From the NCBI RefSeq assembly GCF_050699935.1, contig NZ_JBOHGB010000021.1:3245-67244 (forward strand): DNA of 64,000 nt, read 5' to 3'. This stretch comes from Actinophytocola sp. Lineage in GTDB: Bacteria; Actinomycetota; Actinomycetes; Mycobacteriales; Pseudonocardiaceae. Position numbers and translations under genes: made by a program. The notes below the pieces were generated by a model, which saw only the letters and a program-made list of their open reading frames with translations, did not search any database and was not told the DNA's origin. Shown in pieces: positions 49,741 through 58,852 of this stretch. How positions within the stretch are numbered: position 1 is the stretch's first letter; every line of letters starts with the position of its first letter.

Positions 49741-51768
49741 ATGCCGTACCCGACCGATGACGAGCGGGACCGCCCGTGGGTGATGCGCACCTACGCCGGA
49801 CATTCCTCGGCGGCGGCCTCGAACCGGCTCTACCGGCGCAACCTGGCCAAGGGGCAGACCGGGCTCTCGGTCGCCTTCGACCTGCCGACCCAGACCGGCT
49901 ACGACCCCGACCACGTGCTGGCCCGCGGCGAGGTCGGCAAGGTCGGCGTCCCGGTCGGCCACATCGGCGACATGCGCCAGCTCTTCGACGGCATCCCGCT
50001 GGCCGAGGCGAACACCTCGATGACGATCAACGCCACCGCCATGTGGCTGTTCGCCCTCTACGTCTCGCTCGCGCAGGAGCAGGCCGACGAGCAGGGCGCC
50101 GACTGGCACGAGGTCGTCGCGAGGCTCACCGGGACCACGCAGAACGACATCATCAAGGAGTACCTGTCCCGCGGCACCTACGTGTTCCCGCCCGGGCCGA
50201 GTCTGCGACTCATCACCGACATGGTGGCCTGGACCGTCGCGAACGTGCCGAAGTGGAACCCCACCAACATCTGCAGCTACCACCTCCAGGAGGCCGGCGC
50301 CACGACGGTGCAGGAGGTGGCCTACGCGATGTGCACCGCGATCGCCGTGCTCGACGCGGTCCGCGACTCCGGCCAGGTGCCGCGGGACCAGATGGGCGAC
50401 GTCGTCGCGCGCATCTCCTTCTTCGTCAACGCCGGCGTGCGGTTCGTCGAGGAGATGTGCAAGATGCGTGCCTTCACGCGGCTGTGGGACGAGATCACGC
50501 GCGACCGCTACGGCGTGGCGAACCCGCGCCACCGTCGGTTCCGCTACGGCGTGCAGGTCAACTCGCTCGGGCTCACGGAGGCGCAGCCGGAGAACAACGT
50601 GCAGCGCATCGTCCTGGAGATGCTCGCGGTGTCCCTGTCCCGCGACGCCCGCGCCCGCGCGATCCAGCTGCCGGCGTGGAACGAGGCGCTCGGCTTGCCG
50701 CGCCCGTGGGACCAGCAGTGGGCGCTGCGCATGCAGCAGGTGCTCGCCTACGAGACGGACCTGCTGGAGTACGAGGACATCTTCGACGGCTCGGCCGTGA
50801 TTCAGTCCAAAGTGGACGAGATCGTCGCCGGCGCCCGGGCGGAGATCGAGCGGGTGCAGGACATGGGCGGCGCGGTCGCCGCGGTCGAGAGCGGGTACAT
50901 GAAGACCCGGCTCGTCACCTCGCTCGCGGAGCGGCGCCGGCGCATCGAGACCGGCGAGGAGGTCGTCGTCGGCGTGAACCGCTTCGACACCACCGAACCC
51001 GGCCCGCTGGCGGGCGAGGGTGTCGTCGAGACGATCGAGCCGCACGTCGAGCGGGAGGCCGTCCAGGCGATCAGGCGGTGGCGCGAGGGACGCAGTCAGT
51101 CCGAAGTGGATAAAGCGTTGGAGCTGCTGACGTCCGTGGCCCGCACCGACGCCAACCTCATGGAGGCCACGCTCGAGTGCGCGCGGGCCGGCGTCACCAC
51201 GGGGGAGTGGGCCGGCGCGCTGCGTGAGGTGTTCGGCGAGTACCGGGCGCCGACCGGGGTGTCCGGCGCCGCCGCGACAGGGGAGGTGTCCGGCGAGCTC
51301 GCGGCGGTCCGCGACCGGGTCCGGGCGACCGGGGAGAAGCTCGGCGGCCGGCTGCGCATGCTGGTCGGCAAACCCGGCCTCGACGGCCACTCCAACGGTG
51401 CCGAGCAGATCGCCGTGCGGGCCCGCGACGTCGGCTTCGAGGTCGTCTACCAGGGCATCCGGCTCACCCCGGCCCAGATCGTGGCGGCCGCCGTGCAGGA
51501 GGGCGTGCACGTGGTGGGCCTGTCGATCCTGTCCGGCTCGCACCTCGCGGTCGTGCCCGAGGTGGTGGACGGGCTGCGCGCGGCCGGCGCGGACGACGTC
51601 CCGGTCGTGGTCGGCGGCATCGTCCCGCCCAAGGACGAGGGGGTGCTACGCGAGCGCGGCGTCGCTAGGGTGTTCACGCCCAAGGACTACGAGCTCACCG
51701 AGATCATGAACGAGATCGTGGACGTGGTCCGCGAGGCGAATGGCATGCCCACGGAAGTCCCACGATGA
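49741..51768 (+). CDS. meaA: B12-dependent acyl-CoA mutase, MeaA/ethylmalonyl-CoA mutase type (catalytic and B12-binding domains fused)
   Basis: Contains RPWVMRTYAGHSSAAASNRLYRRNLAKGQTGLSVAFDLPTQTGYD...KWNPTNICSYHLQEAGAT...RFRYGVQVNSLGLTEAQPENN...LPAWNEALGLPRPWDQQW. C-terminal GKPGLDGHSNGAEQIAV is the DxHxxG B12 motif. Confidence 0.8.
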   Translation: MPYPTDDERDRPWVMRTYAGHSSAAASNRLYRRNLAKGQTGLSVAFDLPTQTGYDPDHVLARGEVGKVGVPVGHIGDMRQLFDGIPLAEANTSMTINATAMWLFALYVSLAQEQADEQGADWHEVVARLTGTTQNDIIKEYLSRGTYVFPPGPSLRLITDMVAWTVANVPKWNPTNICSYHLQEAGATTVQEVAYAMCTAIAVLDAVRDSGQVPRDQMGDVVARISFFVNAGVRFVEEMCKMRAFTRLWDEITRDRYGVANPRHRRFRYGVQVNSLGLTEAQPENNVQRIVLEMLAVSLSRDARARAIQLPAWNEALGLPRPWDQQWALRMQQVLAYETDLLEYEDIFDGSAVIQSKVDEIVAGARAEIERVQDMGGAVAAVESGYMKTRLVTSLAERRRRIETGEEVVVGVNRFDTTEPGPLAGEGVVETIEPHVEREAVQAIRRWREGRSQSEVDKALELLTSVARTDANLMEATLECARAGVTTGEWAGALREVFGEYRAPTGVSGAAATGEVSGELAAVRDRVRATGEKLGGRLRMLVGKPGLDGHSNGAEQIAVRARDVGFEVVYQGIRLTPAQIVAAAVQEGVHVVGLSILSGSHLAVVPEVVDGLRAAGADDVPVVVGGIVPPKDEGVLRERGVARVFTPKDYELTEIMNEIVDVVREANGMPTEVPR

Positions 51769-51779
51769 CGGGGTGACCC

Positions 51780-52673
51780 ATGGCCTGGACGCGGCGCCAG
51801 TTCCTCTACGGCACAACGGTTCTCGGCGCCGCGGTCACGGCGGGCTGCTCGTCGCGGGTCGGCGGTACCCCGCGGGCCGACCCCAGGGCGCGTCCGGCCG
51901 CGGAGGCGTCGAGCTCCGCGCCCGAGGCACCCGCCCAGATGATCATCGGCGTGCTGGAGCACGAGCCGTTCGTGACCCAGGAGGGACCCGCGGTCACCGG
52001 CCAGGTGCCCGAGGTGGCCCGTGCCGTGCTCGACCAGCTCGGTGTCGCCGATCCGGAGTTCAAGCTCATGCCCACCAGCGAGGTGCTCCACGTCGCGCTC
52101 GTGGCCGGGGAGCTCGACATGGTCGGCGGCATGATCATCACCAGGAACGCCTGCGCGGGCGTGACGTTCTCGGTGCCCGACTTCGTGTCCGGGACCGCGC
52201 TGATCGTGCCGCTCGGGAACCCGAAGGGCCTGGCCGACTACGCCGACATCAAGGCCAAGGGCGCGAAGGTCGCGGTCCTGGCCAACCTGCCTGAGCAGGC
52301 GGACGCCGCGGCGGCCGGCGTGCCCCGGGCGAACGTCATCCTGGTGCCCGACCCGACCGAGATGGTGGACTCGGTGCGCCGCGGCCGGGCGGACTGCGCC
52401 GCGTTCGACGACATCGGCTCGCGTTCGCTCATCAGGTCGGCCGGCAACGACCTGGCCGTCGAGAAGCCCTTCTCCCCACCGAAGCGGTTACCCACGGTGG
52501 GCGCGTTCGCGTTTTCCGAGAACGCGTCGGGCATGCTCGACTCGTTCAACAACCGGTTGCGGGACCTGCACGAGAGCGGCGACTGGCTCGCCATCTCCAG
52601 TCCGTTCGGCTTCACCGAGGCCAACGTACCGCCCCCGGATCTCACCACGGAGCGGGCCTGCACGGGCCCCTGA
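51780..52673 (+). CDS. ABC transporter substrate-binding lipoprotein (polar amino acid / EhuB-like), paralogue 1
   Basis: Tat-like RRQFLYG and a lipobox (AGCSS). Shares DSGDWLAISSPFGFTEANVPPPDLTTE with the paralogue at 52882. Confidence 0.75.
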   Translation: MAWTRRQFLYGTTVLGAAVTAGCSSRVGGTPRADPRARPAAEASSSAPEAPAQMIIGVLEHEPFVTQEGPAVTGQVPEVARAVLDQLGVADPEFKLMPTSEVLHVALVAGELDMVGGMIITRNACAGVTFSVPDFVSGTALIVPLGNPKGLADYADIKAKGAKVAVLANLPEQADAAAAGVPRANVILVPDPTEMVDSVRRGRADCAAFDDIGSRSLIRSAGNDLAVEKPFSPPKRLPTVGAFAFSENASGMLDSFNNRLRDLHESGDWLAISSPFGFTEANVPPPDLTTERACTGP

Positions 52674-52881
52674 GAGCGGGCGTTCCCGACAGGCCTCGCG
52701 GACACCTCGCGGACACGATTGGGCAGTTCAGGGCTACCGTTTTCGTCGGCGAGGTCTCGGTTTGCTAACGGCCCGTCGTGATCTTGCAGCTTGGCTTTGA
52801 CCCCGTCTGGACGATGGCCCTACGTTCGGGGCCCATCGACGACGTGAGAACGCCGGTTTCATCAGACAAGGGACATGACAA

Positions 52882-53790
52882 ATGGCGACCGACAAGTGGA
52901 CACGGCGGGATCTCTTCAGGCGCGGCGCTGCGCTGGGTGCGGTCGCTATAGGGGGACCGGTGTTGCTCTCGGCGTGCTCGGAGCGCGCGACGACCGGTAG
53001 TGGCGAGGGTGGCACGCTGCAGCGAATCAAAGACGCGAAGACGGTCAAGATCGGCATCGCCGGCGAGGTGCCGTACGGGTTCACCGAGGGCGGCGAGGTC
53101 ACCGGTGAGGCGCCCGAGGTGGCCAAGGCCGTCTTCAAGGCCATGGGCATCCCCGAGGTCGAGGCCGAGCAGGTCGAGTTCGGCCAGCTGATCCCGTCGT
53201 TGAACGCCAGCCGGTACGACATGGTGGCGGCCGGCATGGCGATCCTGCCCGACCGGTGCAAGGAAGCCGACTTCTCGGTGGTCGACTACGTCACGCCGAC
53301 GGCGTTCATGGTGCCCAAGGGCAACCCGGAGGGCGTCGCGAACTTCGAGGACGTCAAGGCCAAGGGCCTGGCGGTCGCGGTGCTCTCGGGCACGATCGAG
53401 CAGTCCGTCGCCGAGGCGACCGGCATCTCCTCGGACAACATCCAGCCCTATGACGGCCAGGCGGAGCTGTTCCAGGCACTGCAGGACGAGCGGGCCTACT
53501 GCGGCGCGCTGACCGACATCTCGCTCCGGCAGCTGATCAAGGACAACCCGGACGCGCCGCTCGAGGTCACCGACGGCTTCGTCCCGGTGCTCGACGGCAA
53601 GGACCAGATCCAGGCCGGGGGGTTCGTCTTCCGCAAGGGAGAGGACGACCTGCTCGACGCGTTCAACGCGGAGCTCACCAAGCTGCACGACAGCGGCGAG
53701 TGGCTGACGATCGTCGCGCCGTTCGGGTTCACCGAGGACAACCTGCCGCCCGAGGGCGTCACCACGGAGCAGCTGTGCGCCGGCGAGTGA
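52882..53790 (+). CDS. ABC transporter substrate-binding lipoprotein (EhuB-like), paralogue 2
   Basis: Contains RRDLFRRGAALG..LSAC and KIGIAGEVPYGF...DSGEWLTIVAPFGFTEDNLPPEGVTTE. Confidence 0.8.
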   Translation: MATDKWTRRDLFRRGAALGAVAIGGPVLLSACSERATTGSGEGGTLQRIKDAKTVKIGIAGEVPYGFTEGGEVTGEAPEVAKAVFKAMGIPEVEAEQVEFGQLIPSLNASRYDMVAAGMAILPDRCKEADFSVVDYVTPTAFMVPKGNPEGVANFEDVKAKGLAVAVLSGTIEQSVAEATGISSDNIQPYDGQAELFQALQDERAYCGALTDISLRQLIKDNPDAPLEVTDGFVPVLDGKDQIQAGGFVFRKGEDDLLDAFNAELTKLHDSGEWLTIVAPFGFTEDNLPPEGVTTEQLCAGE

Positions 53791-53821
53791 CGCTCGCACG
53801 GGCTCGATAGGCGGGCGCGCC

Positions 53822-54571
53822 GTGTTCGACAACCTGTCGCTGTTTCTTGAAACCATTCTCGAGGGTGTGCCGCTGACGGTGGGAGCGACCGTCGGCGGCA
53901 TCCTGATCGCCACGGTGATGTCCTTCATCGCCGGGCTGGCGATGCTGTCCCGGTGGTGGATCATCCGCGCGATCGCTCGCGTGTACGTGGAGATCTGGCG
54001 CGGCACGTCCGAGGTCGTGCAGCTGCTGTGGATCTTCTTCGTGCTCCCGATCTTGGTCGGCTATGACATCGTGCCGATGGCCGCCGGCATCGCCGTGCTG
54101 GGGCTGAACTTCGGCGCGTACGGGGCGGAGATCGTGCGCGGTGCCGTGCAGTCCGTCCCCCGGGCCCAGTACGAGGGCTCCATCGCGCTCAGCCTGACGC
54201 CGGCGCAGCGGATGCGGCGGGTTGTCCTGCCGCAGGCGCTGGTCGAGATGATGCCGCCGTTCAACAACCTGTTCATCCAGCTGCTCAAGGGCAGCGCGTT
54301 GCTGACGATCATCACCGTGCACGAGATCACCTACCAGGCGCGGGAGGTGCTGGACCGCTATCTGCCCAGCCAGGCCGCGCTCGTCTGGCTCGTCGTGCTG
54401 GTGTACTACCTCGTGCTCGCCATTCTGATCACGATGGGCATGCGGTGGATCGAGCGCCGGGCGGCCGCCCTGGTCGGCCGAAAGCCGTCGAAGCCGCGGC
54501 CCCTGCGGCGCATGCTCGCCGGGAGCAAGGAAACCCAGCTCGCCGCTAGCCAGAGTGGGGTGCGTGACTGA
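53822..54571 (+). CDS. amino-acid ABC transporter permease (EhuC-like)
   Basis: His/Glu/Gln/Arg/opine-family permease pattern: YVEIWRGTSEVVQLLWIFFVLP...GAYGAEIVRGAVQSVP..Q.E...AL. Confidence 0.85.
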   Translation: MFDNLSLFLETILEGVPLTVGATVGGILIATVMSFIAGLAMLSRWWIIRAIARVYVEIWRGTSEVVQLLWIFFVLPILVGYDIVPMAAGIAVLGLNFGAYGAEIVRGAVQSVPRAQYEGSIALSLTPAQRMRRVVLPQALVEMMPPFNNLFIQLLKGSALLTIITVHEITYQAREVLDRYLPSQAALVWLVVLVYYLVLAILITMGMRWIERRAAALVGRKPSKPRPLRRMLAGSKETQLAASQSGVRD

Positions 54572-55242
54572 TGCAGGGTGCCAACGACGTCTGGAACTGG
54601 GACTACGCCTGGGAAGTGCTCCCCGAGGTGGCCGGGGACGGACTGCTCGTCACGATCCAGGCCACGGTGATCGGGTCGATCGTCGCGTACGTGCTGGGCT
54701 TGGTGCTGGCGCTGCTGCGCCGGTCGCAAATCCGGGTCGTCAGCGTGGTGACCACGGGGTTCATCGAGCTCATCCGAAGTACCCCGCTGCTGGTGCAGAT
54801 CTTCTTCATGTTCTTTGTGCTGCCCGACATCGGACTGCGGTTCGACGCGCTGACGACCGGCATCATCGCGATCGGCCTGCACTACTCGACCTACACCGCC
54901 GAGGTGTACCGGGCGGGCATCGAGGCGGTGCCGGTGGGGCAGTGGGAGGCGGCGACCGCGCTGAGCCTGCCGAGGTCGCGCACCTGGATCGGGGTGATCC
55001 TGCCGCAGGCGATCCCGCGGGTGCTGCCGGCGCTCGGCAACTACACGATCTCCATGCTCAAGGAGACGCCGCTGCTGCTGACCATCGGCGTGACGGACAT
55101 CGTCGGCACCGCCTTCCAGGAGGGTTCGTCCGCCTTCCGGTATGTCGAGCCGATCACCATCGCCGGTGTGCTCTTCCTCGTGATGAGCTTCCTGGCATCC
55201 CTACTGACCCGATGGATGGAGCGCCGTGTCGGAACAATCTGA
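54571..55242 (+). CDS. amino-acid ABC transporter permease (EhuD-like)
   Basis: Contains FIELIRSTPLLVQIFFMFFVLP...STYTAEVYRAGIEAVP.GQWEAA.AL. Confidence 0.85.
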   Translation: MQGANDVWNWDYAWEVLPEVAGDGLLVTIQATVIGSIVAYVLGLVLALLRRSQIRVVSVVTTGFIELIRSTPLLVQIFFMFFVLPDIGLRFDALTTGIIAIGLHYSTYTAEVYRAGIEAVPVGQWEAATALSLPRSRTWIGVILPQAIPRVLPALGNYTISMLKETPLLLTIGVTDIVGTAFQEGSSAFRYVEPITIAGVLFLVMSFLASLLTRWMERRVGTI

Positions 55243-56050
55243 GGCCGTGGCGGACGGCGACGTGTCCGCACCGGACGGCGACGTCATGATCCACTTCGAG
55301 GACGTGGTCAAGAGGTTCGGCCACGTCACCGTGCTGAACGACCTGAACTTCGACGTGAAGCCGGGGGAGTTCGTCACGCTGATCGGGCCGAGCGGCTCGG
55401 GCAAGACGACGATCCTGCGGCTGCTGATGACCCTCGAACAGGTCACCGACGGCAAGATCTGGGTCGCCGGCGGGTGCCTGTCGCACATGAAGCGCGGCGA
55501 CAGGTTCGTGCCCGCGGACGACAAGCACCAGCGGGTCGTGCGCAAGCGCATCGGCATGGTGTTCCAGCAGTTCAACCTGTTCCCCAACATGAAGGTGATC
55601 CAGAACCTCACCGAGGCGCCGGTCCGGGTGCTCGGGCTGTCCCGGGCGGAGGCCGAGGAGCGGGCGCGCGAGCTGCTCGAGCTGGTGGGCCTGTCGGAGA
55701 AGATCGACGCGCACCCGACGCAGCTCTCCGGTGGCCAGCAGCAGCGGGTCGCGATCGCCCGTGCGCTCGCGATGCGGCCGGACGTCATGCTGCTCGACGA
55801 GGTGACCTCCGCGCTCGACCCGGAGCTGGTCTCCGGCATGCTGGCCCTGCTCAAGGACATCGCCCAGACAACGGACATCACGTTCCTCTGCGTGACCCAC
55901 GAGATGAACTTCGCCCGGGACGTGTCGGACCGGGTGCTGATGTTCGACGGCGGCCAGATCATCGAGGACGCGCCGCCGGACAAGCTGTTCACCGAGCCCG
56001 ACCACGAGCGCACCCGCTCGTTCCTGGCGGCGGTGCTCGACCGGGGCTAG
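55226..56050 (+). CDS. amino-acid ABC transporter ATP-binding protein (EhuA-like)
   Basis: Walker A GPSGSGKTT, Q-loop, signature LSGGQQQRVAIARAL and Walker B MLLDEVTSALD. Confidence 0.9.
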   Translation: MSEQSEAVADGDVSAPDGDVMIHFEDVVKRFGHVTVLNDLNFDVKPGEFVTLIGPSGSGKTTILRLLMTLEQVTDGKIWVAGGCLSHMKRGDRFVPADDKHQRVVRKRIGMVFQQFNLFPNMKVIQNLTEAPVRVLGLSRAEAEERARELLELVGLSEKIDAHPTQLSGGQQQRVAIARALAMRPDVMLLDEVTSALDPELVSGMLALLKDIAQTTDITFLCVTHEMNFARDVSDRVLMFDGGQIIEDAPPDKLFTEPDHERTRSFLAAVLDRG

Positions 56051-56060
56051 CGTCCTCGGT

Positions 56061-56828
56061 ATGTACTCCCACCTACTGGTCGGGACCGACGGGGACACGG
56101 TCCGGATCACGATGAACCGGCCGGCCCGGCGCAACTCGCTGTCGGCGGAGCACCTCGCCGAGCTGCTGGACGCCTTCCGGGCGGCCGGGGACTCGAAGGC
56201 CTCGGGCGTGGTGCTGGCCGGCGCGGGGCCGGTGTTCTCGGCCGGCCACGACTTCGGCGACGTGGCGGCCCGGGACCTGATGGGCGTGCGCGAGCTGCTG
56301 GCGCTGTGCACCGAGCTGATGCGCACGATCCAGTCGATCCCGCAGGTGGTGGTCGCGCGTGTGCACGGTCTGGCGACGGCCGCCGGCTGCCAGCTGGTGG
56401 CGTCCTGCGACCTGGCCGTCGCGGCGTCGTCCGCGGGGTTCGCGCTGCCGGGCGGGAAGGGCGGCTGGTTCTGCCACACGCCGGCCGTGCCGGTGGCGCG
56501 GTCGGTCGGCCGAAAGCGCCTGATGGAGCTGGTGCTCACCGGCGACGTGGTCGACGCCGCCACCGCCCTCGACTGGGGCCTGGTGAACCGCGTGGTCCCC
56601 GACGACGAGCTCGACGCCGCGGTCGACGAGCTGCTCGCGCGGGCCACCCGTGGCAGCCGGGCGAGCAAGGCGCTCGGCAAGCAGACCGTGTACGCCCAGC
56701 TGGACCGCCCGGAGGCGGACGCGTACGCCATCGCCCTGGAGGTCATGGCGGCGGCGTCGCAGCTCCCGGGCGCGCGCGAGGGCATGGCCGCCTTCCTGGA
56801 GAAGCGCAAGCCGGACTGGCTCGACTAG
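56061..56828 (+). CDS. enoyl-CoA hydratase/isomerase family protein
   Basis: Crotonase fold: ITMNRPARRNSL...VVLAGAGPVFSAGHD...VARVHGLATAAGCQLV..CD...EGMAAFLEKRKP. Confidence 0.85.
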   Translation: MYSHLLVGTDGDTVRITMNRPARRNSLSAEHLAELLDAFRAAGDSKASGVVLAGAGPVFSAGHDFGDVAARDLMGVRELLALCTELMRTIQSIPQVVVARVHGLATAAGCQLVASCDLAVAASSAGFALPGGKGGWFCHTPAVPVARSVGRKRLMELVLTGDVVDAATALDWGLVNRVVPDDELDAAVDELLARATRGSRASKALGKQTVYAQLDRPEADAYAIALEVMAAASQLPGAREGMAAFLEKRKPDWLD

Positions 56829-56829
56829 C

Positions 56830-56933
56830 CCGCCTCCCCGGAATTCAAAGTGTGGGTTGCGTTCCACCGGATGGTGGCGGTCAGGCGGTTGACTGTGGCT
56901 GGGTGCCGTCACGGTCCCCTGAGGTTGCGTTGG
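56830..56933 (-). repeat. MITE/MIRU-like repeat, copy c (104 bp)
   Basis: The reverse complement is CCAACGCAACCTCAGGGGACCGTGACGGCACCCAGCCACAG...GGAACGCAACCCACACTTTGAATTCCGGGGAGGCGG. It starts 2 nt after the TAG stop of the hydratase gene. Confidence 0.9.
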
Positions 56934-57018
56934 TCGGGACCAGACCTCGCACCGTGATCACGGGACACCAGCCTGGCGGTCCCCGGATGTGCCGGGGCGG
57001 TCGGCTAGCCTGCCCCGC

Positions 57019-57678
57019 GTGCGTCTCGTGATCGCTCGCTGCCAGGTCGACTACGCCGGCCGGCTCACCGCCCACCTGCCCATGGCGACCCGGCTACTGC
57101 TGGTGAAGTCGGACGGCTCGGTGTCCGTGCACTCGGACGACCGGGCGTACAAGCCGCTGAACTGGATGAGCCCGCCGTGCTGGCTGACCGAGGAGCCCGG
57201 CACGTGGACCGTGGCGAACAAGGCCGGCGAGAAGCTGGTGATCACGCTGGCGGAGATCCTGCACGACTCGAAGCACGAGCTGGGCGCCGAGCCCGGCCTG
57301 GTGAAGGACGGCGTGGAGGCCCACCTGCAGGCCCTGCTGGCCGAGCACATCACGACGCTGGGCGACGGCTACTCGCTCGTCCGCCGGGAGTACCCCACCG
57401 CCATCGGCCCGGTGGACATCCTGTGCCGCGACGCGGACGGTGCCACGGTGGCGGTGGAGATAAAGCGCCGCGGCGAGCTGGACGGCGTCGAGCAGCTGAC
57501 CCGCTACCTGGACCTGCTCAACCGCGACCCGCTGCTGGCTCCGGTGCGCGGCGTGTTCGCGGCCCAGCAGATCAAGCCCCAGGCACGCACCCTCGCCGAG
57601 GACCGCGGCATCCGCTGCGTCACCCTCGACTACGACGCCCTCCGCGGCATGGACTCCGACGAGTTCCGCCTCTTCTGA
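57019..57678 (+). CDS. nucS: endonuclease NucS (EndoMS; non-canonical mismatch repair)
   Basis: Contains [21 protein letters not shown]...[14 protein letters not shown]...YKPLNWM...GVEAHLQ.LLAEH...[39 protein letters not shown]. Confidence 0.92.
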   Translation: MRLVIARCQVDYAGRLTAHLPMATRLLLVKSDGSVSVHSDDRAYKPLNWMSPPCWLTEEPGTWTVANKAGEKLVITLAEILHDSKHELGAEPGLVKDGVEAHLQALLAEHITTLGDGYSLVRREYPTAIGPVDILCRDADGATVAVEIKRRGELDGVEQLTRYLDLLNRDPLLAPVRGVFAAQQIKPQARTLAEDRGIRCVTLDYDALRGMDSDEFRLF

Positions 57679-57767
57679 CCCGTCCCCGGAGTCGGCGCCG
57701 ATCTCGCGGCGCTGACGAAACCGGGGTTCTCCCACCGTGCCCGGCGCCCACTGGCTACGGTGCACGT

Positions 57768-58760
57768 GTGAGGGGACTACGGCTCGCCGCCACCGCCGTC
57801 GTGTCGGTCGTCGTCCTCGCGGGCTGCGGGGGTGCGGTCGACACGGCCAAGGTGACCTTCCAGCGCACGACCGTGCCCGCCGGCCAGGGCGGGGGCAGCG
57901 GGGACGGCGCGACCACCGGGGAGCCCAGGACCAACGACCCCGCCTTCGCCGCCGCGAAGCTGCGTACCGTCGACCCCTGCGGCCTGCTGACCGACGACAT
58001 CCTCGCCAGCGTCGGCGAGCCGGCGACCAACGAGCGCGGCGACTTCGCCGAGTGCGGCAACTACATGACCGACGCCGCGGGTGAGGACCTCAACATCAGC
58101 CTGACCCTCGGCGACAACGTCAGCAACGCCGATCAGGCCAACCAGAACATCGGCGGCCTGCCCGCGCTCGAGAACGAGCTCGACTCCGGCGACGCCTGCT
58201 TCAGCACCGTCGTCACCTCGACCTCGCCCAACTTCGGCATCACCATCCAGGCCGGCGGCGACTCGAAGGACCTCTGCAAGGCCGCCCGCACGGTGATGAC
58301 CGGCGTCGTCGACCTCGTCCGCACCGACCCGCCCAGCTACGAGACGCCCCGGGGCACGCTGCTCGAGCTCGACCCGTGCGAGGTCGTCAAGGACGCCGCG
58401 CTGCGGACGGCGCTCGGCGAGAACGTCGATGCCGGCGCGCCGTACAACCTCCACTGGTGCAACTGGAGCGGCAGCACCGGCAACCTCGGCCTCTGGCTGC
58501 GCCTGGGCTACGACCCGGCGAGGGGCGGCTCCAGTGGCGACCCCGTCGACCTCGGCGGCGGCGTCACCGCCTACGAGCAGGCCACCAGGTCCACCGCCGC
58601 GAGCTGCGAGCTGCAGTGGCCGCACCGCCAGTTCGCCGGCGAGGACGCCGAGATCGTGCACATCTTCCTCGACAGGCGCGAAGCCGACGCGGGTGCGGAC
58701 CCGTGCGACCCCGCGCGGGCGCTCGCGAAGGCCCTGATCCCGACCCTGCCCAAGGCATGA
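57768..58760 (+). CDS. DUF3558-type secreted lipoprotein (two repeats)
   Basis: Lipobox VLAGCGG. Two modules begin VDPCGLLTDDIL and LDPCEVVKDAAL, with conserved Cys pairs. Confidence 0.7.
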   Translation: MRGLRLAATAVVSVVVLAGCGGAVDTAKVTFQRTTVPAGQGGGSGDGATTGEPRTNDPAFAAAKLRTVDPCGLLTDDILASVGEPATNERGDFAECGNYMTDAAGEDLNISLTLGDNVSNADQANQNIGGLPALENELDSGDACFSTVVTSTSPNFGITIQAGGDSKDLCKAARTVMTGVVDLVRTDPPSYETPRGTLLELDPCEVVKDAALRTALGENVDAGAPYNLHWCNWSGSTGNLGLWLRLGYDPARGGSSGDPVDLGGGVTAYEQATRSTAASCELQWPHRQFAGEDAEIVHIFLDRREADAGADPCDPARALAKALIPTLPKA

Positions 58761-58852
58761 CGTGCCCGTGAGGCGTACCACGGCGGACCCGCGATCTTAG
58801 TTACTCATAGGTAGCATCCGGCGTACCCGGTTCGTCGTCTCCGGAGGTTGCC

